This document shows, in pieces, positions 54,891 to 64,000 of a DNA stretch of 64,000 nucleotides. The notes below the pieces were generated by a model that was not told the origin of the DNA, did not search any database, and worked only from the letters and a program-made list of their open reading frames with translations. Source of the stretch: Sutterella sp. (GTDB lineage: Bacteria > Pseudomonadota > Gammaproteobacteria > Burkholderiales > Burkholderiaceae_F). Made by a program: the position numbers and the translations under genes. The stretch covers positions 3,011-67,010 of the forward strand of contig NZ_JAUNSF010000005.1 of assembly GCF_030539355.1 (NCBI RefSeq), written 5' to 3'. The stretch's first letter is position 1. Each line of letters starts with the position of its first letter.

Positions 54891-55367
54891 ATGAATAGGA
54901 TTGCAAAGTCCCTGACAGCGATTGCGCTCATCTGCGGCGCGGCCTGGGCTGTCGCTGCTCCGGTTCAGGAAGCGGCTTTCGCCACCTCCGCCGGCACGCT
55001 GACGCTCACGACCGGTGACGATGGCTCGCTCTCCGTCTCCGACGGCAAGCAGGTCTACGTCGGCGCCCAGGCGCTCGATCTGCTCACGCAGTTCGGCATC
55101 AACCTGAACATCACCTCCGGCGGCGTCATCCAGGGCGTCCGTCTTGACCCGGCCCAGAGCGGCACGAGCGTTGCGATCGCTCCCCGCTACATCCGCTCCG
55201 GGAGCTCCGCCACGATCACCGACGAGAACACCTATGTGAACAGGGCGATCAACGGCACCGAGCTGGTGAACAACCTTCCTGAGAACACCCCGACGGCGAG
55301 CTCGATCTACAGCCAGCGCTACGACGAGGCGACGGGTTCCTCCGCGAAGGATGAGGTCAGCCGCTGA
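54891..55367 (+). CDS. secreted hypothetical protein (first gene of polysaccharide-export locus)
   Basis: 158 aa. Signal MNRIAKSLTAIALICGAAWAVA/APV. Ser/Thr/Gly-rich. Confidence 0.6.
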   Translation: MNRIAKSLTAIALICGAAWAVAAPVQEAAFATSAGTLTLTTGDDGSLSVSDGKQVYVGAQALDLLTQFGINLNITSGGVIQGVRLDPAQSGTSVAIAPRYIRSGSSATITDENTYVNRAINGTELVNNLPENTPTASSIYSQRYDEATGSSAKDEVSR

Positions 55368-55402
55368 TCTCTTCGGTGAGCACTATATTTCAGAGACAAT
55401 AA

Positions 55403-56647
55403 ATGCAGACGAATAATCTGAAAGGACTGAGCCTTGTCGCGGCGGCAGCCCTCATCGCCTCGAGCGCGAACGCCGCTGAACAGATCAAGGAGTCCTATCA
55501 CCCGGTTGTGAACGGCTCGCCCGTCACGCTGATGAAGGACAACCTCATCACGCAGAAGCTCGGCGGCCGGATGCTCAACCTCGACATCTGGGCCGGTGAG
55601 TTCATCACCTTCGACAACAACATCTTCAATTCGCGCACGAACGAGGAGGATGACACGATCCTCTCGACGGCCGCAGGTCTTCTGCTGCAGGCCGGCGAGC
55701 GCGGCCTCTGGGATGTCCGCATCGAGAGCCAGATCCAGCGCAACAACTACTCCGACCACTCGACCTACAACGGCACCGAGGGCTTCTTCCGTGTGCGCGG
55801 CGAGCGTGACTTCAGCCCCGCGCTGAAGGGCCGCGTGAGCGCCGGCTACGACAAGAGCTACGACACGATCCGCAACGTCGACGGCATCTTCGACCTCGAG
55901 CGCTACAACGCCGGCGCCGGCGTTACGGTCGCTCCGTCGCCCTTCTTCACGATCGACGCCGACTACCGCTGGTTCGGCCAGCGCCGTGACCACTACCGCA
56001 CGGACACCGAGTACGACGAGCACGCCTTCACGATCCGTCCGAGCTACGCGATCACGCCGAACACGAAGGTCTACGTGCAGGGCGCGTTCATCTCCACGAA
56101 CGTGCTTGAGAATCATTACAACGACGCCAACACCTGGTCGCTCGTCGGCGGTGCCGCCTGGCACTACGAGGACAGCGCGCAGGTCTTCGGCGAGGTCGGC
56201 GTGATGACGATGGACTTCGACAGCAACGGCACGGTGACGGATCACCGCGGTGACAGCGTCACCCGTCCGACGGCCCGCGCCGGCGGCTGGCTCGCCCTCA
56301 ACGAGGACGTCAAGGTCGGTGCCGAGGCCTCCTACACGGTCGGCATCGGTGCCGTGACGACGAGCTCCGAGCAGAGCTCCTACGTCGAGATCACGCGCGT
56401 CGCCGTCAACGCCGAGTACTCGCCCGGCGCCGGCCGCTTCACCGTGAAGCTCACGCCGTTCTGGACGCACAACTCGCCCTCGCAGAACACTTCGTTCCGC
56501 GAGTACGGCGCGACGCTCGGCGTCACCTACAGCCTGATCGACTGGTTCAACATGAGCGCCGGCTACCGTTATCTCAACACGAAGTACTCGGATGAGTCGA
56601 GCTATGACCGCCACGCGTTCATGCTCGGCCTCGCCGCGACCTTCTAA
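55403..56647 (+). CDS. outer-membrane beta-barrel protein (polysaccharide-secretion porin candidate)
   Basis: 414 aa. Signal ..ALIASSANA/AEQ, alternating-hydrophobicity strands, aromatic girdle residues, C-terminal ..MLGLAATF (terminal Phe). Confidence 0.75.
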   Translation: MQTNNLKGLSLVAAAALIASSANAAEQIKESYHPVVNGSPVTLMKDNLITQKLGGRMLNLDIWAGEFITFDNNIFNSRTNEEDDTILSTAAGLLLQAGERGLWDVRIESQIQRNNYSDHSTYNGTEGFFRVRGERDFSPALKGRVSAGYDKSYDTIRNVDGIFDLERYNAGAGVTVAPSPFFTIDADYRWFGQRRDHYRTDTEYDEHAFTIRPSYAITPNTKVYVQGAFISTNVLENHYNDANTWSLVGGAAWHYEDSAQVFGEVGVMTMDFDSNGTVTDHRGDSVTRPTARAGGWLALNEDVKVGAEASYTVGIGAVTTSSEQSSYVEITRVAVNAEYSPGAGRFTVKLTPFWTHNSPSQNTSFREYGATLGVTYSLIDWFNMSAGYRYLNTKYSDESSYDRHAFMLGLAATF

Positions 56648-56857
56648 TCCGTTCTTTTCACCGTTCCTCTTCCAGCCAGATTCCGTATGCGCCGTATGAG
56701 TGCGGCGCATACGCAGGTGCCGGAAGAGGAGCCGTTTTTTTATGGCGCCCTCCACCCCGGGGATGTGGCCAAGGAAAATTCGATCACCACGGATGCCTTG
56801 GATTACTCCCTGCCGTGCCGGCCTCAGGAAACTCGTATTGCCGTCGGAGCAGTTCTC

Positions 56858-57682
56858 ATGAAATCCCTTGGTGTCCTCGCCGCCGTCACCGTCGCAGCGC
56901 TTTCTCTCGCGACGCCTCTCACCGCATCCGCGGCCGCATACAGCATCGCCTCCGGTGACCTTCTGACGGTGAGCGTCTATCGCCAGGAGGACATGACGTA
57001 CCGCGTCCGCGTCGACACGGAGGGCTTCATCCGCTTCCCCGTCGCCGGCCGCATCGCCGCCGCGGGCAAGTCCACCGACACGATCGAGCGCACGATCGCG
57101 CAGGCGCTCCGCCGCAGCGGCTACAGCCAGCCTGAGGTGGTCGTCTCGGTCGATCAGTACGCCCCGCGCAACGTCTTCGTGCTCGGCGCGGTGACGAACG
57201 CCGCGAACGTGCAGATTCCCGAGGGCGGCGAGATCAGCGCCATGCAGGCCATCTCCGCCACGGGCGGCCTCTCCGAGGACGCGGACATCGACGGCATCGT
57301 CGTGCGCCGCGCCGTCGGGAAGAACGTCCAGACGATCAAGGTTCCCGCGCGCGACATCCTGAACGGCAAGTCGGTGCACGACATCGAGCTCACCCCGTCC
57401 GACACGGTGGTCGTGCCGCGCATGCAGCCGATCTCGGTTCTCGGCACGGTGAAGAAGCCCGGCGAGTTCTTCGCGACCGCCGAGTCGGCCCTCACGGTGA
57501 GCCGCGTGATCGCCCTCGCGGGCGGCGTCGAGCGTCCGAACTCGCTCTCGCAGATCCGCGTGACGCGCGGCGACAAGTCCTTCGAGGTAGACATCCGCTC
57601 GCTGCTCGAGTCCGGGAAGGGCGGCAACGACATGACGCTGCAGCCGGGCGACGTGGTGTACGTCCCCGAGACCCGCTGGTAA
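56858..57682 (+). CDS. polysaccharide export protein (OPX/Wza family, short form: Poly_export + SLBB)
   Basis: ORF 56687..57682; start is Met 56858 (MKSLGVLAAVTVAALSLATPLTASA). ..GDLLTVSVY..VDTEGFIRFPVAGRIAAAGKS..NVFVLGAV..GDVVYVPETRW. No C-terminal amphipathic helix. Confidence 0.88.
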   Translation: MKSLGVLAAVTVAALSLATPLTASAAAYSIASGDLLTVSVYRQEDMTYRVRVDTEGFIRFPVAGRIAAAGKSTDTIERTIAQALRRSGYSQPEVVVSVDQYAPRNVFVLGAVTNAANVQIPEGGEISAMQAISATGGLSEDADIDGIVVRRAVGKNVQTIKVPARDILNGKSVHDIELTPSDTVVVPRMQPISVLGTVKKPGEFFATAESALTVSRVIALAGGVERPNSLSQIRVTRGDKSFEVDIRSLLESGKGGNDMTLQPGDVVYVPETRW

Positions 57683-57770
57683 TCACGGGCATAATTCCTT
57701 ATCTAAGGCACAGGGCCGCTCTCGACGGAGCGGCCCTGTACGGTAGAACACCAAAACCAACATCCAGAAC

Positions 57771-59939
57771 ATGACGACACCCGACAGCCAGAAAGCTGAA
57801 GTGAGTGAAGCCCGGGGCAAGTCCGAGGACTTCCTCGAGATTGATCTGCTCGGCATCTTCCGCGCGGTCCTGAAGCGCTGGAAGCTCTCCGCCGCGATCA
57901 TCATCGCGGTCATCGCGCTCGGCCTTGCGTACTGCTTCACCGCGACGCCGGTCTACCTCGCCTCGAGCCGCATGCTCGTCGAGCCGGGAAGCCTGCGCGT
58001 CACCGAGATCGAGGACGTGTACAACAGCGAGACGGGCCGCGACTCCGTCTCCCGTCGTGACTTCATCAACACGCAGATGCAGATGATCAAGTCCGACCAC
58101 ATCCTCGCGCGCGTCTACGAGCACTTCAAGTTCAACGAGCGCCCTGGCTTCGAGGCCCTCGCCGAGCCCCTGAAGGCGCTCGCCAACCTCGTTGACGTCA
58201 AGCAGGTTCCCAACACGAGCCTCATTGACATCGGCTTCAAGAGCACCGATCCGAAGTTCGCCGCCGAGGTCGCGAACTTCATCGCCGAGGAATACATCGA
58301 CGACTCCCGCAAGCGCTCGTCTGGTTTCTCCGAACTCGGTCTCGAGCGCCTGCGCGCCGAGCTCACGAACATGGAGGCGAACCGCTACAAGGCGATCGCC
58401 AAGCTCAATGACTTCAAGCAGCTCCACCAGATGCTCTCCGTGGAGACGTCCTCGCAGCTGCTGATCTCGCGCCTCACCTCGCTCGAGACCGCCGAGGTCG
58501 CCGCCCGCCAGGCCCTCGCCAACGCGCAGGCCTCCGTCGCCTCCGTCGAGATCTGGAAGAAGGAAGGCCAGCGCCTTGACTCCATCCCCGAGGCGATCGC
58601 CAACCCGACGCTCGCGAACTTCAAGGTCGTCCGCCTCCAGGCCCAGGCCCAGCTCGTCAAGAGCCTGCAGGACTTCGGCCCGACGCACCGCACCGTCTCC
58701 ACCCAGCGCCAGGTCATCGCCGAGATGGACAAGGCGATCGAGAACGAGACCGAGAACAGCCTGATCTCGATCCAGGCCAAGGCCAATGAGGCCAAGGTCC
58801 GCCTCGACCTCATCAGCGCGCAGCGCGTCGCCGCCACTGAGGAGCTCATGGGTCTCGACCGCATCTCGCACGAGTACAAGGTGCTCGAGGACAACCTCGC
58901 CGCGAGCGAGAAGGCCTACCAGTACGTGCTCGAGCGCGTGAGCGAGCTCGAGATCGCCCGCAGCGCCGACACGGGCTCGGGCGGCACCTTCCAGGTGATC
59001 GTGCCCGCTACGCCGCCGGTGCGCGCCGCGTTCCCGCAGAAGGCGAAGACGATGATCATCCTCACGCTCGCGGCCGTCGTGGCGAGCGTGCTCCTCTCGA
59101 TCGTGCTCGAGCTCCTCGACAGGACGCTCAAGAGCCGCGAGGAATTCGAGAACGAGACGGGTCTGCCGGTGTTCGGCGTCATCCCGTTCGTCAAGGATCC
59201 CGGCCAGCGCGGTCCGGACTTCGTCTGCATCGACGCCCCGAAGAGCGAGACGGCGGAGGCCTTCAGGTCTCTGCGTACCTCGATCTCGCTCTCGAAGGCC
59301 GCCTCGAAGGCGAAGCTCCTTGCGATCACCTCTGCGCTGCCGCATGAGTCCAAGTCGTTCGTCAGCTTCAACCTCGCGGTCACCTACGCCCGCAGCGGCA
59401 AGCGCGTGCTGTTCGTCGACGCGGACATCCGCCGCCGCCGCATGACGTCGCTCCTCTTCGGCGACCAGAAGGACATGCCGGGTCTCTCGAACATCCTCGC
59501 CGAGACGATCTCGATCAGCGACACCGCTTCGCTCTTCCAGAAGCCGTTCGAGGATCTGCCGCTCACGATCCTGCCCTCGGGCCCGATTCCCCCGAACCCG
59601 ACGGAGCTCCTCGCGAACGCCGTCTCGAGGGAGTTCTTCGAGCGTCTCGCCGAAGCCTTCGACATCGTCATCGTCGACACCGCGCCGGTGCTCCCGGTCG
59701 CCGACACGCAGAACCTCGCGGCCATCGAAGGCATGCGCTTCTTCGTGGTCGGCCGCATCGAGCAGACCGAGCGTGCCGCGATCCGCGCGACCGTCGACTC
59801 GCTCCAGAAGGTCGGCGCCAACGTGGTCGGCACCGTGGCCCAGCTCGGCGAGAAGACCAAGTCCCAGGGCGGCAGCGACTACAAGTACAACTACAAGTAC
59901 GGCTACCGTTACGGGTACGGCGGACACGGCAAGGCCTGA
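57771..59939 (+). CDS. polysaccharide co-polymerase / BY-tyrosine autokinase (Wzc/GumC-like)
   Basis: 722 aa. Wzz domain with 2 TM helices and coiled-coil. Kinase part ITSALPHESKSF (Walker A variant), VLFVDADIRRRR (A'), IVIVDTAPVLPVAD (B). Tyr cluster DYKYNYKYGYRYGYG at the C-terminus. Confidence 0.9.
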   Translation: MTTPDSQKAEVSEARGKSEDFLEIDLLGIFRAVLKRWKLSAAIIIAVIALGLAYCFTATPVYLASSRMLVEPGSLRVTEIEDVYNSETGRDSVSRRDFINTQMQMIKSDHILARVYEHFKFNERPGFEALAEPLKALANLVDVKQVPNTSLIDIGFKSTDPKFAAEVANFIAEEYIDDSRKRSSGFSELGLERLRAELTNMEANRYKAIAKLNDFKQLHQMLSVETSSQLLISRLTSLETAEVAARQALANAQASVASVEIWKKEGQRLDSIPEAIANPTLANFKVVRLQAQAQLVKSLQDFGPTHRTVSTQRQVIAEMDKAIENETENSLISIQAKANEAKVRLDLISAQRVAATEELMGLDRISHEYKVLEDNLAASEKAYQYVLERVSELEIARSADTGSGGTFQVIVPATPPVRAAFPQKAKTMIILTLAAVVASVLLSIVLELLDRTLKSREEFENETGLPVFGVIPFVKDPGQRGPDFVCIDAPKSETAEAFRSLRTSISLSKAASKAKLLAITSALPHESKSFVSFNLAVTYARSGKRVLFVDADIRRRRMTSLLFGDQKDMPGLSNILAETISISDTASLFQKPFEDLPLTILPSGPIPPNPTELLANAVSREFFERLAEAFDIVIVDTAPVLPVADTQNLAAIEGMRFFVVGRIEQTERAAIRATVDSLQKVGANVVGTVAQLGEKTKSQGGSDYKYNYKYGYRYGYGGHGKA

Positions 59940-60087
59940 TCCCCGCCCGGAGGGAGCCTTTCCCGCGGATTTCCACGGAAGGGCTCCCTTGAGTTGGTTT
60001 TACGGCGAAAGGCTCTGAACGGCGCTCTCCGAAGGGTGTGTGTTCAGAGCCTTCTTTGTCAGGAAAAGGAAGAAAAGGAACGTGCGA

Positions 60088-62898
60088 ATGGATCCCCGTC
60101 ATTCACCGCGCCGGCATTCCATGAGAAGGCACCGGCCGGCGGCGCTGAGAACCTGCGGCAAAGTGCTGCAGAATCTCGCGCGCGTCGCGCTCCTGCTGCC
60201 GATCCTCGCGCTCCCGCTCCTCTGGGGCGGGCGTCACCTCGCCGCGGTCGGCCTCGCCGGCGTCTGCGTGCTCGTCTCGCTCTTCCTCTGGCTCGCCGGC
60301 GCGCTGATGCGCGGTCACCTCGAGCTTCGCCCGGCGCGCGGCCTGCTGCTCTTCGTCCCCGTTCTCGTCGTGGGGCTCCTGCAGTGCTGCCCCTGGGCCT
60401 ACGACGCCTTCGCGCCCGAGGCCGTCCGCGCGCTCTGGGAGGGCGCCCGCGAGGCGAGCGATCCCGGCACGCCCCTGATCGCGCTCGACCCTGCGATTCA
60501 GCGCTACGGTCTCGCCGTGACGGTTCTCGCCGGCCTCTTCTATTTCCTTGCGGTCGAGCTCTTCCAGGGCACGCGCCGCACGCTCATTCTCCTCGTCGTG
60601 CTCGCGCTCGCCTCGGGCATCTCGGCCGCAGTCGGACTCTGGCAGTTCACCGAGCAGGAGGAGTGGCTCCTCTTCATTCACAAGACCGCCGACCGCGTGG
60701 CGAGCGGCGGGTTCTTCAACCGCAACCATTTCGCGGACTTCTGCACGCTCGGCTTCTTCGTCTCGCTCGGCCTCATCACCTCGTTCCTCACGTCCCACAG
60801 GGGCTCGGGCCTCATTGAGGAGACGGGGAGGGCAAGGATGCCGCTCCTCGCCGTGCTCGGGCTCACGGCGCTCCTGACCGCCCTCGGCGTCATCTTCTCC
60901 TACTCCCGCGCCGGAACGCTCTCCGCCGCCGGAGCGCTGCTCCTCTTCCTCGTCTGGATGGGTCTCGTGCGCCGGGGGAAAGGCGTCTCGGTGCCGCTTC
61001 TCATCCTGGTCGCCGTTCTCGTGGTCGCGGGCTTCCACGGCCTCGAACTCGTCGCGGACCGCCTCGGCTTCGCGCTCTCGGGCGAGGACTCGAGCGCGCT
61101 CATCCGTCTCGAGCTCTGGCAGTCGACGCTCGAGATCATCCGCGCCGTCCCCTGGACCGGCGCCGGCTTCGCCGCGGTGAGGGCGCTCCTGCCCTCGATG
61201 GGCACGGGCTACATGCCGGGCTTCATCAGTGCGGACGCCCACAACGACTATCTTGACCTGCTCGCGATCATCGGCATCCCGGCCGCGGCGGCGGTCTTTG
61301 TGATCGGCGCGGTGCTCTACGTGAGGCTTCTCAAGCGCCTCGCCGGATCCGAGCGCAGGATCTCCTCGTGGCTCCCCGTCGCGGTGGGCGGCCTCTGCGG
61401 CATCACGGCGGTGCTCTGCCACGAGTCCGTCGAGTACGGCCTGAAGCAGCCGGCGCTCCTGATCGGCTTCTGCGCGCTCTGCGCCGCCACGACGGCGCTC
61501 GCCGAGCGCGTTGACGAAGGGCGCTCCGAGCGTCCCGCGGAGTTCAAGGGCGTCCCGGGAGCTGTTGTCGCCGTCATTCTTCTCGTCGCCGACGCGGCGC
61601 TGCTGCCTTTCTACGGCCGCATCGCGGGCGAGGGCATCGCACAGGCTCGCGTCGAGCAGACGCGAGACGCGATGGCCGCGACGCCCCAGCTCTCCGCCGA
61701 GATCCGAGCCCGGACGGTGCGCGAGGCCTCGCTCGCCGCGCTTGAGCAATATCCCTCGAACACCGTGATCCTCACCACGGCCATCGACTCGACGATGGAC
61801 TTCGGTGACGTCGAGCGCAGAGCGCTGATCGCGAAGGGCCTGAGCCAGATTCTTGACAGCACGATCGAGCCCACGGCGATTGACCGCCCAGCCTACAGCC
61901 GCTACCGCGCGGCGGCGCTCGACCGCATCCCGTCCGCTGACAAGGCCGGGCCCGCGGCGGTGTACGCCGGGGCCGCGGACCTTGCCAGGCGCCTCGCCGA
62001 CACCGCGCCCTCCAATGCGCTCGATGTCTCGATGGTGGGTCAGATCCTCGAGGAGGAGAGCTTCTGGAGCGGAAAGCCCGCGGAGTCGCTCCCGCTTCAC
62101 GCCTATGCGCTGAAGCACTATCCCACGCACACGACGGTGCTCTCAAGGGCGCTGCGCGGATACGTGCTCGCCGCCATGAATGAAAAGGAGCCGGCGAAAC
62201 GCGCCGAACTCGTCGCCGAGGTGGAGAGAATCGCCGAGGCCCTCGTCTCCCAGGACCCGAGGGAGGTGCAGCGCGTGCTTCCGCTCATCGACGCCGTGCT
62301 CCCCGCGGCCGCCCGCGAGGGGCGGTTCGTGCCGGAGAACGTGACCGCGATGATCCTCTACGCCGACTGGCTCGAGTCCGTTGGTGAGCCGGGCAGGGCG
62401 CTCGGTGCCTTGGAGATCGCTGATGGTCTCAATCAGGACCGTCTCGAGGAGGAGAATCCCTGGACGATGGGAAGGCTCGAGTACCTCGCCCGCGAGCGCC
62501 GCTCCAAGATCGACGTCGCGAAGTTGATCGAGGAGAAGCGCCTCAGGATCTTCAACGCCGGAGGCGACTCCGAGGCCGGCGACGCCGCCGCCGAGCGCCT
62601 GCGCGAGCTGCGCCGCCAGGCGGACGACGCGAAGATCGAGCGCGCCGATGAGCTCCTCGCCGCGGGCCAGTGGGCGCTCGCCGAGGAGGTGCTCGTGCGC
62701 ATCGGCTACGACGATCCGCGGGCGCTCGTGCGCCGCGCCGAGATGGCCGCCGTCACGCGCAAGGTCTTCACGCTCTCGAAGCTTCTTGAGAAGCTTGAGA
62801 CACTCGAGGACGTTATGGACGACGACACGCGGTCAAGATATGAGAAACTACGCTCCGACCGCGGCGAGCCCGTGACCGCGAATACAGAACAGAAATAA
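60088..62898 (+). CDS. O-antigen ligase/Wzy-like membrane protein fused to a roughly 480-aa C-terminal helical-repeat (TPR-like) domain
   Basis: ORF 60040..62898; ATG 60088 has an AAGGAA RBS. About 12 TM helices, with the Wzy_C region ..FSYSRAGTLSAAGALLLF.. and ..ADAHNDYLDLLAIIGIP... The C-terminal half is soluble and alpha-helical. Confidence 0.8.
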   Translation: MDPRHSPRRHSMRRHRPAALRTCGKVLQNLARVALLLPILALPLLWGGRHLAAVGLAGVCVLVSLFLWLAGALMRGHLELRPARGLLLFVPVLVVGLLQCCPWAYDAFAPEAVRALWEGAREASDPGTPLIALDPAIQRYGLAVTVLAGLFYFLAVELFQGTRRTLILLVVLALASGISAAVGLWQFTEQEEWLLFIHKTADRVASGGFFNRNHFADFCTLGFFVSLGLITSFLTSHRGSGLIEETGRARMPLLAVLGLTALLTALGVIFSYSRAGTLSAAGALLLFLVWMGLVRRGKGVSVPLLILVAVLVVAGFHGLELVADRLGFALSGEDSSALIRLELWQSTLEIIRAVPWTGAGFAAVRALLPSMGTGYMPGFISADAHNDYLDLLAIIGIPAAAAVFVIGAVLYVRLLKRLAGSERRISSWLPVAVGGLCGITAVLCHESVEYGLKQPALLIGFCALCAATTALAERVDEGRSERPAEFKGVPGAVVAVILLVADAALLPFYGRIAGEGIAQARVEQTRDAMAATPQLSAEIRARTVREASLAALEQYPSNTVILTTAIDSTMDFGDVERRALIAKGLSQILDSTIEPTAIDRPAYSRYRAAALDRIPSADKAGPAAVYAGAADLARRLADTAPSNALDVSMVGQILEEESFWSGKPAESLPLHAYALKHYPTHTTVLSRALRGYVLAAMNEKEPAKRAELVAEVERIAEALVSQDPREVQRVLPLIDAVLPAAAREGRFVPENVTAMILYADWLESVGEPGRALGALEIADGLNQDRLEEENPWTMGRLEYLARERRSKIDVAKLIEEKRLRIFNAGGDSEAGDAAAERLRELRRQADDAKIERADELLAAGQWALAEEVLVRIGYDDPRALVRRAEMAAVTRKVFTLSKLLEKLETLEDVMDDDTRSRYEKLRSDRGEPVTANTEQK

Positions 62899-62909
62899 GC
62901 ACAAGGAAT

Positions 62910-63656
62910 TTGAGTCCCGTGTCAGCGTTTTCGATCGACATCCATTCACACTTTCTGCCCGGCGTGGACGACGGCCCGGACACGGTCGAGGAATCGGTCC
63001 GGATGGCTGAGATGGCCGTGGAGGACGGAAGGCGCATCGTCTACTGCACCTCCCACCTCTCGGTCTTCGGCTCCGACAGCGTGGGCGCGCGCCCGGAGAC
63101 GCTCGACGATCCGATCAGGGAGCTCGAGCGCCGCCGCGGGATCATGGAGACGCTGCAGCGAGAGCTCGACGCCCGCGGGATCCCCCTTGAGCTCAGGCTC
63201 GGCGCCGAGTGGATGATGGATCCCGACGTGCTCGATCTCCTCGAGCGCTCGCCGCTCGGGTTCCTCGGGGGCTCGAAGGCCTTTCTCTTCGAGCTCTCGT
63301 CCTTCTCGCCCCTTGAGTTCGTGCCGCAGTTCGTCGCGCTCGCCGTCGACCGCGGCTGGCAGCCGGTGCTCGCGCACCCCGAGCGCTATTCGCCCGTGAC
63401 GGCGGAGAGCTTCCGCAGGCTGCTCAAGCCCGTCGTCGAGGAGGGCGGCATCATGCAGCTCACCTCCGGGAGCTTCACCGGGATGTTCGGTCCCCGGGTG
63501 AAGAGCCTCGTCGAGATGATCGCGAAGGAGTTCCCGCGCAGCGTCGTGATCGCGAGCGACGCGCACGAGTCGGAACTGCGCACGCCTCAGATCATCCGCA
63601 CGAGCCCGGTGCCGGTGAACTTCCCCGCCGCGCTTGAGAAGGCGCTCGCTTCCTGA
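62910..63656 (+). CDS. PHP-family tyrosine-protein phosphatase (CpsB/YwqE type)
   Basis: 248 aa (TTG/GTG start). IDIHSHFLPGVDDGPDTVEES..TSHL..LAHPERY..ASDAH is collinear with CpsB metal-binding motifs. Confidence 0.85.
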   Translation: MSPVSAFSIDIHSHFLPGVDDGPDTVEESVRMAEMAVEDGRRIVYCTSHLSVFGSDSVGARPETLDDPIRELERRRGIMETLQRELDARGIPLELRLGAEWMMDPDVLDLLERSPLGFLGGSKAFLFELSSFSPLEFVPQFVALAVDRGWQPVLAHPERYSPVTAESFRRLLKPVVEEGGIMQLTSGSFTGMFGPRVKSLVEMIAKEFPRSVVIASDAHESELRTPQIIRTSPVPVNFPAALEKALAS

Positions 63657-63740
63657 AGGCGAGCCGGCGTGTCATCTGATGACGCGCGGTGCTAGAGTTA
63701 AGGTGGCACCTTCGCCCAGATCCCGTCCGAGAGGATGAGC

Positions 63741-64000
63741 CATGTTCGACACGAAGCACCTTCAGGCCTTTGCAACCCTCGCTGAGCACATGCACTTCGG
63801 CCGCGCCGCGCAGGCGCTCGGCCTGTCGCAGTCGACGCTCTCCGCGCAGATCCGCGCGCTTGAGGAGGAGGTGGGCGGTCCGCTCATCAACCGCTCGAAC
63901 AGGACGTTCTCGCTCACGCCCGTGGGCGAGGTCTTTCTGCAGGACTGCCAGGGCATCCTCTCGATGATGCTGCGCGCGAGGCGCAACACGGACAATGTGC
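63741..64000 (+). CDS. LysR family transcriptional regulator (N-terminal 86 codons; continues past right edge)
   Basis: Not in track (no stop). ATG 63741: MFDTKHLQAFATLAEHMHFGRAAQALGLSQSTLSAQIRALEEEVGGPLINRSNRTFSLTPVGE (LysR HTH). Confidence 0.8.

Noticed and set aside
53012-62130. Very long minus-strand ORFs (639, 686, 742 and 675 aa) across the symporter and polysaccharide-export genes
   Set aside because: Each lies antisense to a gene with clear family motifs. The translations are low-complexity (RRG/DDE/HR-rich) with no recognisable domains.

Overview
High-GC (roughly two-thirds G+C by eye) chromosomal segment from a Gram-negative bacterium. Gene content includes an autotransporter, RND efflux, Wza/Wzc export and a sigma-54 glnK-amtB operon. 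It looks Betaproteobacteria/Burkholderiales-like and possibly anaerobic; this is inference only. I support about 55 protein-coding genes. I saw no rRNA, tRNA, CRISPR array, transposase or integrase. Most long ORFs in the track that lie antisense to these genes are GC-driven shadow ORFs.

Gene blocks, left to right:
- Partial ferric-reductase-like oxidoreductase, an asparaginase, and glnK-amtB with a sigma-54 promoter.
- Divergent LysR and MFS genes, a Tat-signal DUF362 protein and an M24 aminopeptidase.
- A hydrogenase maturation cassette (hupD/F/G/H/I-like) with no structural genes nearby.
- A PAP2-EptA fusion with a coupled small membrane ORF, divergent from an OmpR/HK two-component pair.
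- A MarR-MFP-RND efflux operon.
- A lower-GC accessory patch holding a MerR gene, a cytoplasmic VIT-vWA protein and an orphan S8 peptidase. The patch abuts a 5'-truncated pepT.
- DMT transporter, exported FAD reductase and a Crp/Fnr regulator.
- DSD1-leuCD divergent from YheO-RidA-ThrC-like genes.
- A roughly 1140-codon autotransporter broken by one in-frame TAG.
- Two coupled nitroreductases, an NMT1-type ABC importer and a DAACS symporter.
- A polysaccharide export locus: OM barrel, short OPX, BY-kinase, Wzy/ligase-TPR fusion and PHP phosphatase.
- A partial LysR gene at the right edge.

Most interesting findings:
- The MerR + VIT-vWA (+ S8) patch and its deletion-scar junction with pepT.
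- The PAP2-EptA module with a direct-repeat box.
- Two exact 11-nt poly-C tracts, one of which forms the spacer of a near-consensus promoter.
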